A DNA stretch of 13,753 bases, taken from assembly GCA_964572875.1 (NCBI GenBank), contig CAZNGE010000024.1, positions 4,417 through 18,169 of the forward strand, in the 5' to 3' direction. Every line of letters starts with the position of its first letter. The first letter of the stretch is position 1. The translations under genes and the position numbers were made by a program. Below are positions 1 through 6,326 of the stretch, piece after piece. Under the pieces are notes generated by a model, which was given only the letters and a program-made list of their open reading frames with translations, was not told the origin of the DNA and searched no databases. Origin of the DNA: an uncultured Methanosarcinales archaeon. Its GTDB lineage: Archaea; Nanobdellota; Nanobdellia; Woesearchaeales; UBA11576.

Positions 1-44
1 TACAGGCAGCATTGACGCTGCACTAATGTCACAAGGTGATCGGG

Positions 45-632
45 ATGAGCGAGAGAAGCAGAACAGCATATGGACAGTCAAAAAAGCAGGGTGGTAGAGG
101 AGCGAAGAAGAAGGATTCGCAGTATGATGAGAAGGTGAAGAGGATCCTGCGTGAGATGGGGCTTGAGCCGGATGAGGAAGAAGATGACCAGTTCCTGCTC
201 GGCGGGGCCATGCCTATGTATGGCGAAAGTATGAATATGCCGCTGATGGCTGGCGGGTACTCCGGAATGCAGGGCGGGCTTGAGAGGAGCATGGCGCCTG
301 CGTACAGCATACCTCCATCAATGATGGATGGCAGCAGAGCTCAGGGCCACAATGCAATTCAGCAGAGGCCTGTGCAGATGCCATACCAGGGCGATGGCAA
401 GACCTGCGCTGTGAACATACAGTATGCAGCAGCAGACGGCACGATGTACCAGATGAGCATGGTCACGCCAGAGCAGAACAAAGCAAAAGGCCTGCAGAAC
501 ATGCTCGCAGGGCTGTACTGCATGATGATGTCAGAAGGAGACAAGGGATATGCAGGCAGCAGCGCATACAAGCCTGGCAGGGCAGGCAAAGGAGCCGGGA
601 AGGCGTACGCAGGAGGCAAAGGCGGGAAATAG
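45..632 (+). CDS. Hypothetical Met/Gly/Ala/Tyr-rich low-complexity protein (about 195 aa)
   Basis: The ORF track gives 36..632 from GTG. The ATG at 45 follows AGGTGA (34-39) at SD-like spacing, so I prefer 45. Stop is TAG at 630-632. The product has a basic N-terminus, a DEEEDD patch, MxM-rich low-complexity sequence and a GK-rich tail. No family recognised. Confidence 0.6.
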   Translation: MSERSRTAYGQSKKQGGRGAKKKDSQYDEKVKRILREMGLEPDEEEDDQFLLGGAMPMYGESMNMPLMAGGYSGMQGGLERSMAPAYSIPPSMMDGSRAQGHNAIQQRPVQMPYQGDGKTCAVNIQYAAADGTMYQMSMVTPEQNKAKGLQNMLAGLYCMMMSEGDKGYAGSSAYKPGRAGKGAGKAYAGGKGGK

Positions 633-674
633 AAATATGAACCCTTTGGAGCGGAGGTGCTGCCCTCTTAAATC

Positions 675-681
675 TTTTTTT
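675..681 (+). terminator. Oligo-T tract (T7), archaeal-type terminator candidate for the 45..632 gene
   Basis: A run of seven T lies 43 nt after the TAG stop, and the next promoter-like element follows immediately. Confidence 0.45.
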
Positions 682-697
682 ATCTATTTACCAGTTA

Positions 698-705
698 TTT
701 ATAAA
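698..705. promoter_or_regulatory. Palindromic TATA-like octamer TTTATAAA (first of a pair)
   Basis: Exact TTTATAAA. A second copy lies at 730-737, and the two flank the palindrome CTGCGT-t-ACGCAG (712-724). Confidence 0.35.
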
Positions 706-722
706 TGACCCCTGCGTTACGC

Positions 723-739
723 AGAAACATTTATAAACC
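723..739 (+). promoter_or_regulatory. BRE/TATA promoter module AGAAAcATTTATAAACC
   Basis: This 17-mer matches 11893-11909 with one mismatch. That second copy sits 24 nt upstream of the ATG of the 11932 gene. Confidence 0.5.
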
Positions 740-790
740 AATTATTACTTCTACACTACTGGTGGATAGTAGCACTTACCAGGTGCGTAC

Positions 791-797
791 TTATAAT
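791..797 (+). promoter_or_regulatory. Weaker TATA-like element TTATAAT proximal to the 847 gene
   Basis: It lies about 50 nt upstream of ATG 847 and would give a short leader containing GAGGTG (827-832). Confidence 0.25.
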
Positions 798-846
798 CAT
801 CAAATCTATCTGCCAATCTATTGATAGAGGTGTGGGGGAATCAGTC

Positions 847-2808
847 ATGACCGGCAAGGATTCAGATCCTTTGAGCACTCTTGATGAGCTGACAGAGCAG
901 CTCGATGAAGAGAAGAGGCAGCATGAGAACTACGCTCACCAGATAGCAGAACGCATGGAGCAGCTCCAGCAGAGGCGCAATGAGATAGCCAAGCTGAGGC
1001 AGGAAGTGGCACCCCTGATTTCTGAACGAGAGAAGTATGCCCAGGGCATAAAGGACATACATGAAGAGGAACGGACTGCAGAGCGGGAGGAAAAGGTCCT
1101 TGAGAACGAGCTCACCGAAAGGAGGCAGAGATACCACGGCATAGCGCAGCAGATAAAGAACACTGAGAAAAGCCGCGAGGACGAGATAAGCAAAGCAGAA
1201 GAGGAAAGACAATCAGAGATCGCAGCCATCAACGAGAAATACGACAACAGGATCACAGACGTAAAGAAGACAGCAGAGGCTGAGATAGCCCAGCTGCAAG
1301 AAGGCCGCAGGAAGATGGTCGGGCCGACAAAGGAGATGGTCCGGAAATACAAAGACAAGAAAGACGAGCACAGCGAACTTGCGCAGCAGCGCAGGGAAAA
1401 GGAAAAGGACCTCATAGAATCAACCAAGATGATAAGCGCCTGCCTCGGGCAGATAGAGGAGCACAGGAAATACATAAAGGATAACTCGCTTGAGAATTTC
1501 CTGAAGAGCATAAGGCCGAAAGACATGGCACTCGATCCAGCACCTTCTGACGAGGAGATAGTCCAGCTGTACGACGGGGATCCTGCAGGAATTCCCGAGG
1601 ACATGCAGCTCCCCGAGCCAGAGACCATAAGGTCGGGCACAGGGCTTGAAGGCCTTGACATCATGGACTACAAGCCGGAAGGTGCTGCTGAAGAGGCTGA
1701 TGCAGATACCGATAGTCTCGAAGAGCTGGAGCAGCAGCTGGATGAAGAGGATGATGAAGATGTCTCCTTCCTCAACATAGATGATGCTGACCTCGACGCT
1801 GTAGTGGATATACCGCATGAAGAGGACCATGGAGAGATGAATACCCTGCTTGATGAGATATCAGACGAGCACAAGGCTCTTGTCGAGACGGCTGCCCAGA
1901 ATTCTCTCGGGCCTGAGAACGGCAAGAAACAAGCATCTGCTGGATCATACTCAGTACAGAATCCTGAACAGAAAGAGGATGTGGGCGATGTGATTTACCT
2001 TGATGATGGCAAAGAAAAACAGGCAAAAGACAGCGCAGTAATAGGCAAGATGGGCATCAAGCGGGTCCCTGACAAGAGCAAAGAGCTCCATGAAGGCGCA
2101 AGCGACCTGGAGAAGGCTGTGGCAGACATCCACGGATGGAGATACTCGACAGAGAGGGGGCTCGGCAGAGCATCGATACAATACACCGGACAGGGCGAGG
2201 ACAAAGAGCCGCACAGGATGATCGAATGCTTTGACATGAGCCTAATAAGCCTGATGCTGGACAGCGCAGAGAAGATGCTCAATGAGGCGGCAAAGTTCCC
2301 TGAAGTCATAGATGAAGAGAATGTCGTGCTGAACGAGGACAACATAGACTATCTTTCCAAGAAGTCAGAGGAGTTCAAGACATCCTATGTCGCGCTGACA
2401 GGGACTGTTGAGACGGTCATCAGGCTCTACGCGCCGCAACTCAACAAGGTGATATCTGAATACATGAAGCATGAGGAAGACATGGACGACAGCATCCTGG
2501 ACGATGCAGAGCTCGACAGGGAGAAGAGCATGATGCTGCACCCTGAGATGACGAGGAAGCTTGAGCAGACAATCCTTAAGGACATCCTCAATGAACACCA
2601 GGTCAAAAACATGTTCCTGGCCAATCTCGTAGATGTCAGCGAGGGGCCGCAATACCTCAGCGAGATAGAACTCAACAGGCTGGTCAGCGATCTCAGGGAC
2701 ACAAAGAAATACCTTGAAGCTACCATGACCCAAGAAGAATGGGAGAAGGCGGTCTCGGGAGTGGCCTACGCATTCACACAGAAAGGATGCGAGATAATCA
2801 CCCCTTAA
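847..2808 (+). CDS. Hypothetical large acidic coiled-coil protein (about 653 aa)
   Basis: The ORF track starts at GTG 832. The first ATG at 847 follows purine-rich GAGGTGTGGGGGA. The N-terminal ~230 aa are E/K/R/Q-rich and heptad-like, the centre is a D/E-rich tract, and the C-terminal ~200 aa look more globular. Stop is TAA at 2806-2808. No enzymatic motif seen. Confidence 0.75.
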   Translation: MTGKDSDPLSTLDELTEQLDEEKRQHENYAHQIAERMEQLQQRRNEIAKLRQEVAPLISEREKYAQGIKDIHEEERTAEREEKVLENELTERRQRYHGIAQQIKNTEKSREDEISKAEEERQSEIAAINEKYDNRITDVKKTAEAEIAQLQEGRRKMVGPTKEMVRKYKDKKDEHSELAQQRREKEKDLIESTKMISACLGQIEEHRKYIKDNSLENFLKSIRPKDMALDPAPSDEEIVQLYDGDPAGIPEDMQLPEPETIRSGTGLEGLDIMDYKPEGAAEEADADTDSLEELEQQLDEEDDEDVSFLNIDDADLDAVVDIPHEEDHGEMNTLLDEISDEHKALVETAAQNSLGPENGKKQASAGSYSVQNPEQKEDVGDVIYLDDGKEKQAKDSAVIGKMGIKRVPDKSKELHEGASDLEKAVADIHGWRYSTERGLGRASIQYTGQGEDKEPHRMIECFDMSLISLMLDSAEKMLNEAAKFPEVIDEENVVLNEDNIDYLSKKSEEFKTSYVALTGTVETVIRLYAPQLNKVISEYMKHEEDMDDSILDDAELDREKSMMLHPEMTRKLEQTILKDILNEHQVKNMFLANLVDVSEGPQYLSEIELNRLVSDLRDTKKYLEATMTQEEWEKAVSGVAYAFTQKGCEIITP

Positions 2809-2810
2809 TT

Positions 2811-3332
2811 TCATATCTCATAGATGCTGTAGCTTGTTCCCATCACCGAAACGCTCCTCTCAGGGCGCAGTGTGAGAGGGCGGAAGATGTTGTCAACGAT
2901 GACTATCCTGCCCCTGAATCCTTCTACAAGCCTCTTCTCCAGCCTATGGAAATAATTGTCAGGGTTGATGAATATGAAGTCATACTGAGAAAGGTCCTCC
3001 CCGAGATAATCCATGTTCTTGAGCACGAAGTCCATGCCCAGCCTCTGCCTTATCTCCTCAGCATCCCTGTGGAGCAGCTCATCCGACTCTATTCCTACGG
3101 CCTTTGTGAAGAGACTCGCTACCGCGACCACTACACCGTCGCCGGATCCGAGATCGACAAAGCTCTTATGCTTCTGGAGTTCCAGCTTCCTGAAAAGCTC
3201 ATAGAGCTGGAGCGGGTCTGACATCGCCCAGTACCCCCTGCCCGTCTGCCTCTGCGACCTGCCTTCAAGGATCAGCCTGCTGCGCCTCCTTGCATAAGCC
3301 TGCCTTATGGTCTCGAACCTTCCGTGCTGCAT
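2811..3332 (-). CDS. Small class I SAM-dependent methyltransferase (173 aa)
   Basis: Motif I is VDLGSGDGVVV, an acidic residue ends beta2 (VGIESD), and DFIFINPDNYF resembles motif IV. An Arg-rich 36-aa N-terminal extension is present. An AT-rich TATA-like element lies ~23-35 nt upstream and there is no SD. Confidence 0.75.
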   Translation of the reverse strand: MQHGRFETIRQAYARRRSRLILEGRSQRQTGRGYWAMSDPLQLYELFRKLELQKHKSFVDLGSGDGVVVAVASLFTKAVGIESDELLHRDAEEIRQRLGMDFVLKNMDYLGEDLSQYDFIFINPDNYFHRLEKRLVEGFRGRIVIVDNIFRPLTLRPERSVSVMGTSYSIYEI

Positions 3333-3354
3333 AGTATGAGCTGGAGAAAGGATG

Positions 3355-3369
3355 TTATATTAATATTTT
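3355..3369 (-). promoter_or_regulatory. TATA-like element (AAAATATTAATATAA on minus strand) for the methyltransferase gene
   Basis: The AT-rich box ends 23 nt upstream of ATG 3332. No SD lies in between, which suggests a leaderless or very short-leader mRNA. Confidence 0.4.
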
Positions 3370-3378
3370 CATTCGCTT

Positions 3379-3411
3379 AAAAAGAATATCACAAGCAGTG
3401 GCAGCGCTGCC
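3379..3411 (-). terminator. Palindrome GGCAGCGCTGCC followed on the minus strand by T5; terminator candidate for the five-gene operon
   Basis: A perfect 12-nt palindrome (3400-3411) begins 8 nt after the TAA stop at 3419-3421. A plus-strand A5 run at 3379-3383 is T5 on the minus strand. Confidence 0.45.
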
Positions 3412-3418
3412 TATCTGA

Positions 3419-4246
3419 TTATCTGGTCGATAATATGCCCTTAACGACCTCGATGAAGTCATGCGCCTCTTTCCTGTAGCGGTCATAATGGTCGCCCGGC
3501 ACGCGCTGGACCTCGCCTGACATCAGCATCTTCCCTATGTTCATGAACTCGCTCACCAAAGATATGTAGCGCTTGTCAAGTATCCCTTTCGCAACAAGAT
3601 GATGCTTCATCAATGGTATGAGATGGTCAGGGGTGTCAGGCACTATTCCATGCCTAAGCAATGCGGAATGCGCAGCGTCGAAAACAGCCCAGTGCAGGTC
3701 GATGACTGCCTGCCTCATGTTCCAGTGCGCGTTCGAGACAGACATCGGCCCTCTCGCGAGATATATCCACACTATCTCCTTACCAGGCCGTATCTTCTGC
3801 GAAGCGAGCATCTTCTTGGCCATGCCGAAGCAGCCCTTGTCATACACAGCGGTGCCGTCGCGCAGCATGTTTATCAGGATAGGATCCCCCTTGAGCGAGT
3901 AGTCCCAGAACTTGGTCAAAGGCATGGTGGTTATGTGAAGCCTTCGCGAGACCTTCGCGGCACTCCTCTCTGTCACGATGCGATACGCAGTTATCACCTC
4001 AGAGTTCATCACATTGACCATGTCATCGAATATTATCAGGACATCAATGTCGCTGCCTGAAAGTATCTCCTCTCTCAGGTCAGTCTTTCCCGGAGCGAAA
4101 CCTCCGCGAACCGCAGAGCCGAACCAGACGACAGACTTGACAAGGATGCCCAGCTCCTTCACCATCTCTTTCGAGAAGCGCTTGACAATGTCCTCTATCT
4201 CGCCAGGCTTTGCGATGTACTCCCTTGTGGTTGTCCTGAAATTCAT
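3419..4246 (-). CDS. Fused minimal nucleotidyltransferase (Pol-beta superfamily) plus HEPN-like helical domain, catalytic motifs intact (275 aa)
   Basis: WFGSAVRGG...SGSDIDVLIIFDD is the MNT-type G-S...D-x-D signature. The C-terminal half (AVIDLHWAVFDAAHSALLRHGIVPDTPDHL...) looks like a HEPN or KNTase C-domain helical bundle with no obvious R-x4-6-H RNase motif. AGAGGAGAAAG sits directly upstream of the ATG. Confidence 0.75.
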   Translation of the reverse strand: MNFRTTTREYIAKPGEIEDIVKRFSKEMVKELGILVKSVVWFGSAVRGGFAPGKTDLREEILSGSDIDVLIIFDDMVNVMNSEVITAYRIVTERSAAKVSRRLHITTMPLTKFWDYSLKGDPILINMLRDGTAVYDKGCFGMAKKMLASQKIRPGKEIVWIYLARGPMSVSNAHWNMRQAVIDLHWAVFDAAHSALLRHGIVPDTPDHLIPLMKHHLVAKGILDKRYISLVSEFMNIGKMLMSGEVQRVPGDHYDRYRKEAHDFIEVVKGILSTR

Positions 4247-4294
4247 CTTTCTCCTCTTTTCCTGTTTCCTTCTGTGAATCTTATGATATTAACA

Positions 4295-6325
4295 CTATTC
4301 CAATGGCACGCCGCTCCAGAACACCCAGTCATCTGTCGGCCTGTACGCTCCGACGACATACGGCGGCGGGTTGACATGCCCGAAATAAGTCTCTGAGACG
4401 TCAGACCACCTGGTGGCAGCAGGCGCAGCCGTGAAATAGCTGTCAGCGATCTCAGAGCCGAAAGCGCGCCAGGTCTGCAATAGTATCCTGCCTTTGCCGA
4501 ACTGCTCCTCCTCATGACCCTCTGATATGACCGCTCCTGTGAAACCATTCTTCTTCAGGTGATCGACAGCCTCGACAACAGGGAATATTCCCTGTCCTGC
4601 AGGAAGATGGCCGTGCGCGCCTGTAGCTGAATCCACAGCCTGCACGCTGCCTATGACCTTCTCCTTCTGCATCCTGTCTGTCATGTCCAGGAACCACGTG
4701 TTGAACCTCTCAAGACGAGCCTTCTCTGTCTCACGGGGATGCTCCTTCTTGAAATGCTGGAGCCACATGCCCAGGTGGGACGTGTCGAGGCAGCCCTGGA
4801 TGTGCCGCTCTGCAGTCTCTTTTGCCTCGTCTTTTGCGAATCCTCTCTCCTTGACAAGGCGCTCTGCCATCTCCTTCCTAGAAAGCTTGATCAGTTCAGT
4901 GAACTCCTCGGGATGACCGCCGTAAGCACCAGGCCATCCCAGCTCAGGGCCGACATGGATAGGCCTCTCGACATTAGGGTTCTGGTTGGTCTCGTCAAGC
5001 GCAGCGAGCCCTGCCTCTGCATAGGACTTGACTGACTGCTTCTTGGCGAACTTACTCATCGATTGCACCTTGTCCATGGTCAGCTCTATCTCTGCAGCCT
5101 GCGCATCTGATGCGGCTGATGCCTCATGCACGTGCTTGAGATGGTGCTGGAGACCCTCTATGCTTTCCTCGATTATCTCGCTCGGCTTCTTGTATTCAGA
5201 AGGTATGAACTCCCCTCCCCTGACATGGCGTATAGAAGGGTCCTCCTTCATGAGCTTCCACACCTCCTCTTTAGGTATGGACTCCTCAAGCTTCCTGTAA
5301 TACTTCAAAGCGTCCTGCAGGGCCTTATACTGTCTGGCCTCTATCTGATACTGCCCTGTGTAGAACAATGAATGGCCTCTTGCCTGGAGCCACTTATTCT
5401 CCATGTTGAGGCGGAACGCATACTCTGCAGGATCATAATTCTCGCCATAACGCTCATTGAACTGGTTGGTCCTCTCCACTATCTTCTCCCAAGGCACAGG
5501 ATTCGACTTGAACTTCTTGTTGACAGGATCCCATTCAGGAACTCGCTGGAGAAGCTCCTCCTTCTTGGTGGGATCGATCCACCTGCCGTCAAAATCCAGC
5601 CAGTCGCCTTTCCTGATATCCACAGGATTGCCATGCCTGTCAAGACCCTTTATGTCCTTCTCTGCAACCCTGTACTCAGGCTCGAAGATGTCAGAAGAGT
5701 GCTTTATGGCCTCGTGGATCTGGCCGGTCCTCACGTCGACAAGATATTCTGTGGCGTACTGGTCCTCCTGCTCATACGCCTCGAACTTGCCTGCCCACGG
5801 GCCTTTCTTGTTCCAGGACGCGTCCACGATGCCGCGGTGGAACTCCTGTGACCAGATGTCCACTCCGCCTCCTCCTGCGATGTCGCCGAGGAAACGTATC
5901 GCGTCCTTGACCTCGCGCAGGTCATCCTGCCTCTTCTGCTCTGATATGTGGCCGCGCTGCGGGTCAAAACCAGACATATTGGTCATGGAAGACGCGGGCA
6001 TCTCCAGACCCTCAATCATCACGTTGTTGGCGCGCGTGAGCTCGCGCAGGCTCTCCCTTGCCTCAGAGCCGTATGCCTTTGCCCTACCGCCCATCGGGCT
6101 CGTCGTAGGGACAGACATGACTATCTGCATCTTGCTCGCGCCCTCACGGATGGCCGCCTCGACGTTCTGGATTATATGGCCTCCTGTAACAGGATGCTTC
6201 TCAGGCACAGTCACGCCTATCTCATCCACCGCGAGAATCGGCTTCTCGAGCTTAGGCTGCTCCCTCAGCGGCGTGAAAGTTTCCCTGTCCATGGCCGAAT
6301 AGTAAGGCCCTGAGCTGAACTGCAT
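4295..6325 (-). CDS. Very large xylose-isomerase-like / AP-endonuclease-2 fold TIM-barrel protein with a large internal insertion (676 aa from ATG 6325)
   Basis: The C-terminal part has GCLDTSHLGMW (D-x-x-H), VQAVDSATGAHGHLPAGQGIFP (H..PG.G) and AVISEGHEE (terminal Glu). The N-terminal part has GGGGVDIWSQEF. The ORF stays open to 6352, but ATG 6323-6325 sits 1 nt after the upstream TAA and follows GGGAGGT. Confidence 0.65.
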   Translation of the reverse strand: MQFSSGPYYSAMDRETFTPLREQPKLEKPILAVDEIGVTVPEKHPVTGGHIIQNVEAAIREGASKMQIVMSVPTTSPMGGRAKAYGSEARESLRELTRANNVMIEGLEMPASSMTNMSGFDPQRGHISEQKRQDDLREVKDAIRFLGDIAGGGGVDIWSQEFHRGIVDASWNKKGPWAGKFEAYEQEDQYATEYLVDVRTGQIHEAIKHSSDIFEPEYRVAEKDIKGLDRHGNPVDIRKGDWLDFDGRWIDPTKKEELLQRVPEWDPVNKKFKSNPVPWEKIVERTNQFNERYGENYDPAEYAFRLNMENKWLQARGHSLFYTGQYQIEARQYKALQDALKYYRKLEESIPKEEVWKLMKEDPSIRHVRGGEFIPSEYKKPSEIIEESIEGLQHHLKHVHEASAASDAQAAEIELTMDKVQSMSKFAKKQSVKSYAEAGLAALDETNQNPNVERPIHVGPELGWPGAYGGHPEEFTELIKLSRKEMAERLVKERGFAKDEAKETAERHIQGCLDTSHLGMWLQHFKKEHPRETEKARLERFNTWFLDMTDRMQKEKVIGSVQAVDSATGAHGHLPAGQGIFPVVEAVDHLKKNGFTGAVISEGHEEEQFGKGRILLQTWRAFGSEIADSYFTAAPAATRWSDVSETYFGHVNPPPYVVGAYRPTDDWVFWSGVPLE

Positions 6326-6326
6326 C

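Noticed and set aside
1-26. Possible 3' end of an upstream plus-strand gene ending at TAA 24-26
   Set aside because: Only 8 codons are visible, which is too little to support a feature.
637-708. 23-codon plus-strand ORF (MNPLERRCCPLKSFFIYLPVIYK) right after the first gene
   Set aside because: It has no RBS and runs through the oligo-T terminator and the TATA box, so it is most likely a chance ORF.
936-1664. 242-aa minus-strand ORF (plus 862..1212, 1420..1830, 1668..1925 and others) antisense to the coiled-coil gene
   Set aside because: These Ser/Leu/Cys-rich products are the expected mirror image of GAA/GAG/AAG-rich coding sequence. No RBS or promoter is present, and they lie entirely inside a stronger ORF.
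2739-3221. 160-aa plus-strand ORF overlapping the end of the coiled-coil gene and antisense to the methyltransferase
   Set aside because: The minus-strand frame carries a clear SAM-binding motif. The plus-strand product has no motif and would overlap two better-supported genes.
3599-4060. 153-aa plus-strand ORF antisense to the NTase-HEPN gene
   Set aside because: The opposite frame encodes the G-S...D-x-D NTase signature and has a paralog. This frame is Arg/His/Val-rich with no start signals.
4243-4548. 101-aa minus-strand ORF overlapping the 3' end of the TIM-barrel gene and the start of the NTase-HEPN gene
   Set aside because: It is out of frame with both neighbours, has Arg/Ser-rich low-information sequence, and would span the RBS of the downstream gene.
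5457-6302. 281-aa plus-strand ORF (and 5372..5851, 5948..6313) antisense to the TIM-barrel gene
   Set aside because: Ser-rich antisense artefact. The minus-strand frame has ordered TIM-barrel motifs and operon-consistent start and stop spacing.
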